From Nostoc sp. (GTDB lineage: Bacteria > Cyanobacteriota > Cyanobacteriia > Cyanobacteriales > Nostocaceae), in the NCBI GenBank assembly GCA_036918135.1, contig JBALDB010000015.1, positions 160,001 to 224,000 on the forward strand: DNA of 64,000 bases, given 5' to 3'. The translations under genes were made by a program, and so were the position numbers. Below, piece by piece: positions 43,583 through 53,531 of this stretch. Each line of letters begins with the position of its first letter. Position 1 is the first letter of the stretch. The notes beneath the pieces were generated by a model, which was not told where the DNA came from, did not search any database, and saw only the letters and a program-made list of their open reading frames with translations.

Positions 43583-43776
43583 ATTAGGGAATCAGGGATG
43601 AGCCAGATGAGGGATGTGCTTCGAGTTGGTGGTAGTTGAATCTCGACTTCGCTCGATTTTTGCGTAGTCAAAACTCACCAACCGGGCGATGAGGAAGAAT
43701 AATAATTATTTACTTGCTTTTTCATCTCCTCCCACTGCCTCATCTTTCCCTACTCCCTACTCCCCACTTTCTCACT

Positions 43777-44898
43777 ATGTATCTAAAAACTCTAAACCTC
43801 CGGCAATTTCGCAATTATCAAGAGCAAAAGGTTGAGTTTACTGCTGCCAAAACAATTTTAGTAGGTAATAACGCTCAAGGAAAGTCGAATTTATTAGAGG
43901 CGGTGGAGTTGTTGGCAACATTGCGATCGCACCGCATGGCACGCGATCGCGATTTAGTTCAAGAAGAGGAAGATATAGCCCAGATTAATGCTACTCTTGA
44001 GCGACAAACAGGTATAAGTGACTTAACTTTGACCCTCCGCCGCAATGGTCGCCGTAGCGTTGCTCTTAATGGTGAGTCTATACGCCGTCAAATAGATTTT
44101 CTCGGCGTTCTCAATGCAGTCCAATTTTCTAGCTTGGATTTAGAACTAGTGCGCGGTGGCCCCGAAGGTCGCCGCAACTGGTTAGATACACTCTTAATTC
44201 AACTCGAACCTGTTTATGCTCACATTTTGCAGCAGTATAACCATGTATTACGCCAGCGCAATGCCTTTTTAAAAAAAACTCAAGACTCAGTATTGGGCGT
44301 TAACTCTTCAGAACTGGCTATATGGGATGCACAGTTAGCTACCACAGGTACACGGGTAATTAGACGCCGCGATCGCGCCATCCAGCGATTAGCTTCCATC
44401 GCTACTACTTGGCACGCCAACATCAGCGGTAGTACAGAAATTCTGCAAATTAAGTACGTACCTAATATTCCTTCAGAAGATAACCAACCAGAACAAGTCC
44501 AGCAAGCTTTTTTAGCAAAAATTCAACAGCGAACCGTAGCCGAAATGCACCAAGGTACTACCCTTGTGGGCCCCCATCGCGACGAAGTTGAATTAATCAT
44601 TAACCAGACACCTGCTCGTCAATACGGTTCTCAAGGGCAACAACGAACGCTAGTTTTAGCCTTAAAATTAGCAGAATTACAATTAATTGAAGAAGTCGTC
44701 AAAGAGCCACCATTGCTATTACTTGATGATGTGCTGGCCGAACTCGATTTATCCCGTCAAAATCAATTGCTTGATGCTATTCAAGACCGCTTTCAAACCC
44801 TGATTACTACCACTCATTTGGGTTCTTTTGATTCTCAATGGTTAAAATCCTCACAAATTCTTCTTGTGAAGGCAGGAAAACTAATGCAACATTTCTAA
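43777..44898 (+). CDS. recF: DNA replication/repair protein RecF
   Basis: MYLKTL..FRNY, GNNAQGKSN, GPHRD, SQGQQR, LLLDDVLAELD; ATG 43777. Confidence 0.97.
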   Translation: MYLKTLNLRQFRNYQEQKVEFTAAKTILVGNNAQGKSNLLEAVELLATLRSHRMARDRDLVQEEEDIAQINATLERQTGISDLTLTLRRNGRRSVALNGESIRRQIDFLGVLNAVQFSSLDLELVRGGPEGRRNWLDTLLIQLEPVYAHILQQYNHVLRQRNAFLKKTQDSVLGVNSSELAIWDAQLATTGTRVIRRRDRAIQRLASIATTWHANISGSTEILQIKYVPNIPSEDNQPEQVQQAFLAKIQQRTVAEMHQGTTLVGPHRDEVELIINQTPARQYGSQGQQRTLVLALKLAELQLIEEVVKEPPLLLLDDVLAELDLSRQNQLLDAIQDRFQTLITTTHLGSFDSQWLKSSQILLVKAGKLMQHF

Positions 44899-45038
44899 TA
44901 ATTATGCTTGAGAACTTATATTTAAAATACTTGCATTGAATAAATATAGTTTTATACCAGGAGTTATATACTAACTAAAACTTTTATTTGATGAAATTTC
45001 TGGATTATTAAATACTTTATATAGATAAATTTCCCTAT

Positions 45039-45144
45039 TATAGCAGGAGGCAGAAGGTAGAAGGCTGGAGGCAGGAGGTAAAACTATTACTGTTGCTAGC
45101 ATTCACACTTGCCATTAGTCCTAAAGGGTGTGACTACAGCTATA
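45039..45144 (+). mobile_element. ~105-bp TA-flanked MITE-like dispersed repeat, copy C
   Basis: TATAGCAGGAGG...GTAAAACTATTACTGTT...GGGTGTGACTACAGCTATA. Confidence 0.72.
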
Positions 45145-45288
45145 TGAAAAATTTTTAATTCTCTTGTGGAAGAAAAATTGACAAAAACTCAAAATACCTA
45201 TAAAAATACAGTAATTAAAATAACTTACCCCACATTTTTATCTCATAAACTTTTTGGTTTACTGTGTTGCACTATGAAGGAGTGAAAA

Positions 45289-46404
45289 TTGTTAGAAGAA
45301 TCCTCAATACCTTTACCTGAAACTAATGCACAAGTTTTGCAGGGGACAAATACTTATAAAAAATTTTACATCCCATCCTTAGATGGGATCAGAACTGTCG
45401 CTTTCCTATTAGTTTTTTTAACCCATGCAAAAGTAGTAAATGTAATTCCTGGAGGATTCGGTGTAACAATATTTTTCTTTCTCAGTGGCTACTTAATCAC
45501 AACTCTGATTAGAAGAGAGTACGATCGCCATCAGACTCTTGATTTTAAGCTGTTTTATATCAGACGAGTACTACGTATTTGGCCCTCATTTTACTTAGTA
45601 TTATTTGTCGGAACTGCTTTAACTGCCTTAGGCTTCCTGAGGGGTAAGATTTATTTACTAGGCTTCTTATCCCAAGCTCTACACTTCGGTAACTACTACA
45701 GTATTTTTACTGATGGTAAAGGAATAGCTCTTGGTAGTGGGGTATATTGGTCTCTTGCTGTTGAAGAACACTTTTATCTTTTTTTCCCACTACTTTATGT
45801 AGCTCTACGTAAACTGCGTATCAGTCAAGGCAAACAACTGCTGACTATTTTAGGATTATGTTTGGCTGTTTTAGTTTGGCGGTGCATTCTAGTTTTTGGT
45901 TTTGGAGTACCTTCATTACGTGTATTTTATGCAACAGATACTCGGGTAGATAGTATTCTATTTGGTTGTGCATTAGCAGTTTATAACAATCCAATGCTAG
46001 ATGCTCAAAAGTACTCTAACAAACTCTGGAAGTATTTCTTTTTCCCCGCAGGAATAATCTTGATTCTTTTTTCACTACTTTATCGTTCATTAGATTTTCA
46101 AGAAACCTTTCGTTATACGATACAAGGAATTGGCTTATACCCAGTCTTTTTTACTGCTATTCGCTTTTCAGATTGGGGATTATTCCCAATAATAAATTTA
46201 AATTGGGTGCGTTTTATTGGATTACTTTCTTACTCTCTGTATCTTGTTCATTACATTGTGCTTTTTGGTGTGTCGATGTATTTACCCCAATTGCATAGAG
46301 TTATCCAAGCAGGAATTGCTCTATTAATTTCTTTAGGAATAGCTTATACAATTTATCAGTTAATAGAGTCTCCAATTGGAAAGTTACGTAAAAAGTTATC
46401 ATAG
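45289..46404 (+). CDS. Acyltransferase family 3 (OafA-like O-acetyltransferase)
   Basis: SLDGIR, GVTIFFFLSGYLI, RRVLRIWP, WSLAVEEHFY, SYSLYLVH; about 10 TM segments. Confidence 0.93.
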   Translation: MLEESSIPLPETNAQVLQGTNTYKKFYIPSLDGIRTVAFLLVFLTHAKVVNVIPGGFGVTIFFFLSGYLITTLIRREYDRHQTLDFKLFYIRRVLRIWPSFYLVLFVGTALTALGFLRGKIYLLGFLSQALHFGNYYSIFTDGKGIALGSGVYWSLAVEEHFYLFFPLLYVALRKLRISQGKQLLTILGLCLAVLVWRCILVFGFGVPSLRVFYATDTRVDSILFGCALAVYNNPMLDAQKYSNKLWKYFFFPAGIILILFSLLYRSLDFQETFRYTIQGIGLYPVFFTAIRFSDWGLFPIINLNWVRFIGLLSYSLYLVHYIVLFGVSMYLPQLHRVIQAGIALLISLGIAYTIYQLIESPIGKLRKKLS

Positions 46405-46500
46405 ACATAGCTCAGGAGAAAAGCGCTTTTTATTGAGATGTATTAATATAAAAGTCTCTATACTCAGTTCAAAAATATCTTATAAAGATTAGTCTTACTT

Positions 46501-46860
46501 AGAGGATGCCTGAAAAGTTTTTGATAGGTAATTTTTATTACGTAAGTTGCTTTAGCATCAACCGAATCATCGCGACATAAATAAAAGCCTCTGAAGTTTG
46601 TGGCAAAATTTCATAATATGCAGCTCAACCTTCGACACCAGTTGAACCAACCAAAAGTCCTCAAGGGCAAGCCAACGTTTGGGCAGTACTACAAAGCCTT
46701 TCTGTTCTTCATGGCGTGTCACAACGCGTTCCATTGCCAGGGATAAACGCATCGCCTGCATATCTACACTACGTTTTCGACCACCAGTTTTTGGCTTAGG
46801 AATTAGTTGTGATAGTAGTTTCCACTGTTCTAAAGTCAGATTACTTGGGTACGATGGATT
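46501..46860 (-). mobile_element. Internally deleted IS5-family transposase relic
   Basis: N-terminus YPSNLTLEQWKLLSQLIPKPKTGGRKRSVD joined almost directly to the C-terminus GFVVLPKRW...GWFNWCRRLS...YEILPQTSEAFIYVAMIRLML; end sequence GAGGATGCCTGAAAAGT. Confidence 0.8.
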
Positions 46861-46886
46861 GATGGCTCTGGTAACGCTGTCATACT

Positions 46887-47030
46887 TACAGCAGTTTTCA
46901 TTTGCATGAAGTACAAAGTTACGGGTTTTGAGACAGGAGGCAGTTCTTGCTGGAGGCAGAAGGTAGAAACTCTTTATATCTGATGAATCAGTCCTGCATT
47001 TTGTACCTCACTGACTTGCAATCTGCTATA
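46887..47030. mobile_element. MITE-like element with ~30-bp imperfect TIRs
   Basis: TACAGCAGTTTTCATTTGCATGAAGTACAAA ... TTTGTACCTCACTGACTTGCAATCTGCTATA; the interior contains CAGTTCTTGCTGGA, also present in copies A and B. Confidence 0.65.
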
Positions 47031-47078
47031 AGTATTTTTTCTACTGACAGCATACCGTTATGTGGGCTTTCTTACTTC

Positions 47079-47537
47079 TCAGACATCCTCTAACCTTTTA
47101 AAAACCTTGAGAACTAAAAAAGTCAGGACACTACCAATTAATCCTAACTGCCATAAACCACAACCAGCAGCAATTCCTAAACCAGCCGAAACCCAAATAG
47201 CCGCTGCTGATGTCAGTCCGTGAATTTCAAGTTGTTGCTGTGATGGCTGGGAAGATTGACGCACAATTTCTCCAGCACCCAGAAATCCCACACCAGTTGC
47301 AATTCCTTGAATCACACGGCTGAGTGCATCAGGACTAGTTTGTAACTCACCTGTTTGCAGAGGTATGATGATAAACAAGGCTGAACCCAAGCTCACTAGC
47401 ATATGAGTTCTTAAACCAGCTGGTTTGTGCTTAATTTGGCGTTCCCAGCCAATAATTCCTCCAATCATCAATGCGATACATAGCCGGAAGCTGACATTTA
47501 ACCAATCATTAGTTGCAAGATAGTAAGTGTTTGCCAA
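47079..47537 (-). CDS. MgtC/SapB family membrane protein
   Basis: IGWERQ..KPAGLRTH, GVGFLGAG, GLTSAAAIW. Confidence 0.93.
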   Translation of the reverse strand: MANTYYLATNDWLNVSFRLCIALMIGGIIGWERQIKHKPAGLRTHMLVSLGSALFIIIPLQTGELQTSPDALSRVIQGIATGVGFLGAGEIVRQSSQPSQQQLEIHGLTSAAAIWVSAGLGIAAGCGLWQLGLIGSVLTFLVLKVFKRLEDV

Positions 47538-47771
47538 AGTTAATTCTGGTATGGATAATTATATTTACGAAGTTAATTGGTAATATAGCTTTTAATAAGA
47601 ATGCAGAATTATTAATCAAATCAGGTGTAAATCTAAGCATTACCTGATTGTAGACCTCTGTGAAGATTTTTTCTAATTAAGATATTATTTTGGTTAATAA
47701 ATATAGATTTGCATTCTTAAATAAGGAAGGGCTGTGGCGATAACATAAATAACTGACAACTAACAAATTGA

Positions 47772-50126
47772 GTGGAAAAACTCTACTGGCTAGACGAAAT
47801 TAAACTACAAGACCGCACCAAAGTAGGTGACAAAGCTTTTAATTTAAGCAGAATTATCCAACATGGCTATCCGGTGGTGCCTGGTTTTGTCGTTTCAGCA
47901 GAAGTTTTGCGACAATTTCTCGAAAATCTCAACAGTTCAGAGTCATTAGTTGCTGACTTACCTCATTCTTCGTTACATCTAGATGTAAGTAATTGGCGTC
48001 AACTTCAGCAAGTAGCTGGGCGTTTGCGCCAAGAAATTCTGACTGCGACTCTACCACAGCAGTGGGTAAGTACAATTTTCACAGCAGCCAGAGAATGGCA
48101 AACTAACTGTTTGATTTTTCGACCAAGTTTAATAGTATCAAATGCCACGTCACTACAGAGAAATGTTTCTGGTTTACTGGAGTCGGTATTTTGCTACTGC
48201 CAAGAGGAAGCGATCGCTACAGCATTAAAGCGTACCTGGAGTCAAATATTTCGCGCCAGAAGTTTACTGTATTGGCAGCATACAGGTATTAACCTGCAAC
48301 AAATTAATCTCGCAATTTTAGTGCAACCTGTGGAAAATGCGATCGCCAGTGGCTTATTAAAAGCCAATTCCTCTGGATGGGAAATTGAAGCTACTTGGGG
48401 ATTAGAAATAGCGATCGCTCAAGGTGAAGTATTGCCAGATGTGTACTACATTCAAAGCGAAACTGGAGCTATTTTAGAGCAACAGCTCGGCAATAAAATG
48501 CTAGCTTATGAAGTTGATGCTTCCCCTAAAATTTCCCAACCTTTGGCAGACTCAGTGCTATCACTAGAGAAAACTTGTTTGATTACCTACGTACTTCAAG
48601 AAGCCCAACAAAAACAGTACGCTTTACAACAAGAATACTTACAACAAATAATCGATCTAGGAACTCTATTGGTGAGCGAACTAGGTCAAACATTTACTAT
48701 AAAATGGACTATTGCTAGCCAAAGCACATCCGGCAAGCTCTATCTAACACAAATTAGTACTCCCCAATCAGTAATTCCCCACGCACACTTAATCAGGGGA
48801 CTGCCGGCGGCAAGAGGACGTACTGTGGCAAATGCCTTAGTAAGGATTAATTCCCAGGAAAAACCCGAACAACTCCCAAAAGGAGTAATTTTGGTAGTAC
48901 CAACAATTACACCAGATTGGTTACCATTATTGCAAGACGTTGCTGGTATTATCACGGAAAAAGGTGGATTAACTAGCCACGCTGCAATTCTTGCTAGAGA
49001 ATTAGGTATAGCAGCAGTAGTGAATGCAACATCAGCTACAAGCATAATCCAGACTGGGGAACGACTGTTGCTTGATGGCGACAGAGGAGAAGTTTATCGG
49101 ATTAAAGGAGAAGCCAGAGATGGAGAGATGGGGAGATGGAAAGATGGAAAGATGAGCGAAACTACTCCCACCACCCCACCATCCCACCACCCCACCACCC
49201 CACCACTCCATCTACCTATGATTGCTACCAAACTGCTGGTTAATTTGAGTCAGTCGAGCTTGATAGAACAAGTAAAAAACTTGCCTGTGGATGGATTAGG
49301 ATTGTTGCGTTCAGAATTGATGGTACTAAATATATTAGATGGGCAACATCCTAATAGTTGGATTTTAGAGGGGCGTCAAGCAGAATTGTTAGAGCGTTGG
49401 TCTGAGCAGATTATGCAGTTTGCTCAGGCTTTTGCACCAAGACCAGTTTTTTATCGTTCTTTAGATTGGCGATCGCACGAGTTACCATCATTGAGTGATA
49501 ATTTAAAATCTTCTCCACAATCGATGTTAGGTGAACGCGGCACCTTTAGCTATCTACGAAATCCGACTGTGTTTGAGTTGGAACTGAAAGCTTTAGCAAA
49601 TGTACAGCAATCAGGCTACAGCAATATCCACCTGCTATTACCTTTTGTTCGGACTGTAGAAGAATTTGTCTTTTGCCGTCGCAAAGTTGAACAAGCTTTT
49701 TTAATGCAGGTAGCAGAATTTGAATTGTGGATGATGGCAGAAGTACCAAGCGTACTGTTTCTATTGCCAGAATACGTCAAAGCAGGTGTAGCTGGAGTTT
49801 CTATTGGTACAAATGACCTGACCCAGTTATTGCTAGGAGTAGATCGCGAACAAGGACAGCTAGCAAAAGTATTTAACGAACGTCATCCCGCAGTTATGAG
49901 TGCGATCGCTCAACTGATCCAGATGTCTAAAAATGCTGGTATACCTTGTTCAATCTGCGGTCAAGCACCAGCCCTGTATCCGGAAATTATCGATCGCTTA
50001 GTGGAATGGGGCATAACTTCCATTTCCGTAGAACCTGAAGCAATCGAGCGAACATATCAAGCGATCGACCGTGCTGAACAACGCCTCATTTTAGCAGCAG
50101 CACGACGTGAATTAAAAAAACAATGA
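47772..50126 (+). CDS. PEP-utilising enzyme (PEP synthase/PPDK-like architecture)
   Basis: Phospho-His motif GGLTSHAAI; C-terminal GLLRSE, LLLPFVRT, MMAEVPS, SIGTNDLTQ, SICGQ; divergent N-terminal ATP-grasp-like region. Confidence 0.88.
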   Translation: MEKLYWLDEIKLQDRTKVGDKAFNLSRIIQHGYPVVPGFVVSAEVLRQFLENLNSSESLVADLPHSSLHLDVSNWRQLQQVAGRLRQEILTATLPQQWVSTIFTAAREWQTNCLIFRPSLIVSNATSLQRNVSGLLESVFCYCQEEAIATALKRTWSQIFRARSLLYWQHTGINLQQINLAILVQPVENAIASGLLKANSSGWEIEATWGLEIAIAQGEVLPDVYYIQSETGAILEQQLGNKMLAYEVDASPKISQPLADSVLSLEKTCLITYVLQEAQQKQYALQQEYLQQIIDLGTLLVSELGQTFTIKWTIASQSTSGKLYLTQISTPQSVIPHAHLIRGLPAARGRTVANALVRINSQEKPEQLPKGVILVVPTITPDWLPLLQDVAGIITEKGGLTSHAAILARELGIAAVVNATSATSIIQTGERLLLDGDRGEVYRIKGEARDGEMGRWKDGKMSETTPTTPPSHHPTTPPLHLPMIATKLLVNLSQSSLIEQVKNLPVDGLGLLRSELMVLNILDGQHPNSWILEGRQAELLERWSEQIMQFAQAFAPRPVFYRSLDWRSHELPSLSDNLKSSPQSMLGERGTFSYLRNPTVFELELKALANVQQSGYSNIHLLLPFVRTVEEFVFCRRKVEQAFLMQVAEFELWMMAEVPSVLFLLPEYVKAGVAGVSIGTNDLTQLLLGVDREQGQLAKVFNERHPAVMSAIAQLIQMSKNAGIPCSICGQAPALYPEIIDRLVEWGITSISVEPEAIERTYQAIDRAEQRLILAAARRELKKQ

Positions 50127-50172
50127 TCTCAATGAAAATACTCAAAAGTATTGAGTTCAAAGGAGGTAAGGG

Positions 50173-50330
50173 ATAGGGTGTGGGGTGTGGAGAACCCACG
50201 TTTGAAAACGTGGGATTAAAAGGACAACATTTTCAAGGCGCTTTGCGTCCCCTTAAAACATTTTTTTCTTAAATGAGCTTTAAACTTATAACTAAAGTTT
50301 TTTATTTTTAAACCTACACCCCACACCCTA
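50173..50330. repeat. Inverted heptamer-repeat arms enclosing a REP-like hairpin
   Basis: ATAGGGTGTGGGGTGT ... ACACCCCACACCCTAT with inner CCCACGTTT-GA-AAACGTGGG. Confidence 0.6.
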
Positions 50331-50710
50331 TTTTTAGTAATTTTTTTATTTATATGTGTACCAACTTTTATATTGGGAATAATTTTCTTTCATGAACATA
50401 TTCTAGCAAGATTATTTTGTGAGCTTCTGAGCTTAATAAGTAGTTAAAAGGAAATATTAAATATTTTAGCGAGTGATTCCATCGATAAAATTTTTATAGT
50501 TCTATCTAATTAATATAAATCAATCATTTTTTATCACCACCTAGTGGATAATTCCTCTTAATCCAAGTTATTACGCCAATGGTCAGTTAACTTTAAAGTT
50601 TTAAGTTTTGAATTCTCATAAAATCTTCATCTATTTGAACTGTAATTCATTTTTTATCGGAACTTCCAGGGGAACACTAAAATCAATCGGGTTGAGCAAG
50701 GTAGTTACCA

Positions 50711-52927
50711 ATGAGCCAAACATGTCCTATCTCCAAGACTTGTGCTTGTTATAATATAGTGCGCTGCCATACTGGGGAAGTAGGCAGGCTCTTTCTTTGG
50801 TTCCCCGTTTCACATACCCTAGCAAAAGTCACCTCATATTTAAAGCAGTTAGGCGTTGAGTATGAACTGATGCACCAGCGACCAGGGCTGAGTTGGAACT
50901 CTAAACGCGGACAAGCTCAGGAAATTGCCCGTAACTTAGCTCAACTCCTCGCACCAAGAGAATTAAGAGAGACGCAAGTCCTTTTTATTCAAGGTGCTAT
51001 CCAACCTCAACTCCAAGATTTTAGTGACATTGCCTCATTGCAACGGTTTATTAAGTTCAGTCAGTCGGATTGGTTAGTCGAAATGTTGGCAAGCGAACGA
51101 TTCACTAATCACTTTCAACCGATTGTCTCGATTCAAGATACATCCCAAATTTATGGATATGAATCGCTATTCCGAGGGCTGGATGAACAAGGCAATTTAG
51201 TGCTACCTGAACCAATTCTGGAGTTAGCAAGTGAAGCCGGACTCATACCACAACTCGACCGAGTTGCTCGCCTCAACACAATCAAGCAATTTAGCCGCCA
51301 TCAAGTAAGTGGGCGTATTTTCATCAATTTTGCACCAACAGCGCTTTATGACCCTGTTTATTGCCTACGCAGTACGGTAGAGGCAATCGACCGAGCAGGC
51401 ATTGAACATCACCGGGTTGTCTTTGAAGTCGTGGAGTCAGACAATCCTCAAGATATAGCCCACCTGAAAGCTGTAATCGAATACTATCGCGATACTGGGT
51501 TTTTAGTCGCTCTTGATGACCTTGGTTCTGGCTATTCCAGCCTCAACTTGCTGCATCAATTACGTCCAGATTTTATTAAGTTAGATATGCAGTTGATTCG
51601 TGATGTGCATCAAGACCTATATAAAGCCTCAATTACTGAAAAGCTTCTAGAGATTACTCAAAAATTAAATATCCAAACCGTTGCCGAAGGAATTGAGTGC
51701 ATTGAGGAACTGAACTGGCTGCGAGAACGAGGCGCAACCTTTGCTCAAGGCTATTTAATTGCCAAACCAAGTGCCGTGCCTACCACTACAACTCCTCACT
51801 TTGATACCCTAACATTAAGTGTGGCATCGGTATCTCGTAAGGAGATTGAGCAGCGCGGTCAACACCAAACCCAGTTCGAGCAAATTGTCGCAGCTGTTAC
51901 CCAGCGCATTCGCCAATCGTTGGAGTTAGACGAAATTTTGCAAACCACAGCAGACGAGGTAAGACAACTGTTTGAGGTAGAGCGAGTAGTGATTTATCAG
52001 TTTAAGCCAGACTGGAGTGGGTTAGTTGCTGTAGAGTCATTAGCAGAGGGTTGCATGTCCATTCTCGGATTTCACGTCATGGATACATGTTTTCAATCCA
52101 CGAGGGCGATTTACTACCAACAAGGCAATAGCACAGTGATTGAAGACATTGAAACTGCTGGACTATCGCCGTGTCATGTCGAGCTGCTGCGGAGTTTGCA
52201 AATTCGGGCAAACCTTGTGACACCCATCTTGCAGCAAAAGCGTTTATGGGGACTATTAATTGCTCACCAATGCTCTAATGCTAGACTTTGGCAGCAATCG
52301 GAGATTAACTTGTTTAATCAGCTGGCAAGTCAAGCTGCGATCGCCATTCAACAATCAGAACTTTACCACCAATTACAACAAGCAAACCAAGAATTACAGC
52401 GCCTTGCTTCTTCAGATGGTCTCACCCAAGTTGCAAATCGCCGCTGTTTCGATCACACCTTCAACGCCGAGTGGCAAAGATTGGCACGAGAGCAAGCTTC
52501 ACTATCTTTGATTTTGTGTGATGTCGATTACTTTAAGCTTTACAACGATACTCACGGACATCTGGCAGGAGATGATGCACTCAGACATGTTGCCAAGGCA
52601 ATCTCTCAGACAGTTAAACACCCTACTGATTTAGTTGCTCGCTACGGCGGAGAAGAGTTTGCAGTCATTTTACCGAATACTGATGTCGAAGACGCCATTG
52701 CAGTTGCCAGAGAAATCCAGACTAATATTACTGCATTACAATTGCCTCATCCGAATTCTCAAGTCAGTGAATTCATTACCCTCAGCCTTGGGGTGGCAAC
52801 TATCACTCCTGAGAGTCAATCATCTCCTGCAACCTTAATCGCAGCTGCTGACCAAGGACTTTACCAAGCAAAAGCACAAGGGAGAAATTGTGTGGTCAAG
52901 ATAAACTGTGAAAATGCTCGAGCTTGA
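50711..52927 (+). CDS. EAL-GAF(cyanobacteriochrome)-GGDEF c-di-GMP signalling protein
   Basis: EAL domain (YESLFR, DDLGSGYSS, IKLD, AEGIE, QGY); GAF with DTCF and PCH cysteines; ARYGGEEF. Confidence 0.92.
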   Translation: MSQTCPISKTCACYNIVRCHTGEVGRLFLWFPVSHTLAKVTSYLKQLGVEYELMHQRPGLSWNSKRGQAQEIARNLAQLLAPRELRETQVLFIQGAIQPQLQDFSDIASLQRFIKFSQSDWLVEMLASERFTNHFQPIVSIQDTSQIYGYESLFRGLDEQGNLVLPEPILELASEAGLIPQLDRVARLNTIKQFSRHQVSGRIFINFAPTALYDPVYCLRSTVEAIDRAGIEHHRVVFEVVESDNPQDIAHLKAVIEYYRDTGFLVALDDLGSGYSSLNLLHQLRPDFIKLDMQLIRDVHQDLYKASITEKLLEITQKLNIQTVAEGIECIEELNWLRERGATFAQGYLIAKPSAVPTTTTPHFDTLTLSVASVSRKEIEQRGQHQTQFEQIVAAVTQRIRQSLELDEILQTTADEVRQLFEVERVVIYQFKPDWSGLVAVESLAEGCMSILGFHVMDTCFQSTRAIYYQQGNSTVIEDIETAGLSPCHVELLRSLQIRANLVTPILQQKRLWGLLIAHQCSNARLWQQSEINLFNQLASQAAIAIQQSELYHQLQQANQELQRLASSDGLTQVANRRCFDHTFNAEWQRLAREQASLSLILCDVDYFKLYNDTHGHLAGDDALRHVAKAISQTVKHPTDLVARYGGEEFAVILPNTDVEDAIAVAREIQTNITALQLPHPNSQVSEFITLSLGVATITPESQSSPATLIAAADQGLYQAKAQGRNCVVKINCENARA

Positions 52928-53271
52928 GCTAGCATCTTCAAATCCTTTTGTTGTCAAGCTGCATCTTCCTTTTGATTATAATTTAGCTGCCAAATTTACT
53001 CTTCTTTAGATATAGAATTAGACAGATTTATCAAGATTAAAAGATTAATCTTTAGGAGGTCAGCCCCTTCGGAGAAGTCAAAAGTCAACAGTGAGCGAAG
53101 CCGAACTGTTGACCCTGAGCGAAATCGAAGGGTCAAAAGTAAGAACCACTAAAATAAATTTAGGGGCTTGTAACAAGGACGCCGTATTTCTTACGTTGCA
53201 CGTCTCGAAATACATTTTTTCTTTTTCCATAAATAAATTTAGGGGCTTGTACCTTATTCTTTCTGGCCGCT

Positions 53272-53372
53272 TAAGTATCCTATTTGAGTTGTGAAATGAG
53301 TAGTGGAGGTAGGCAATAAGGAATAGACACTTTTGCTATAAATTTTTTGACAAATGATTTAGGATTGCTATA
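53272..53372. mobile_element. Degenerate MITE-like element
   Basis: Left ATCCTATTTGAGTTGTGAAA versus right TTTGACAAATGATTTAGGATTGCTATA, imperfect inverted ends. Confidence 0.45.
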
Positions 53373-53531
53373 GTCACATAATCATTAACAAAAATGACAC
53401 AAATGAACTAATTTTTATATCAAATATTTTAATTAAAACCTTTCAAAATATAGAAGAAAGATATCAAGGTATAGCATTACCTGGCATTTCTGAAAATCGT
53501 AAAAGTCAAAATTTTGATTAAAAGCCTTTAA

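Noticed and set aside
53152..53251. Possible mini-CRISPR (21-bp direct repeat)
   Set aside because: Only two units, a 58-nt spacer, a non-palindromic repeat and no cas genes.
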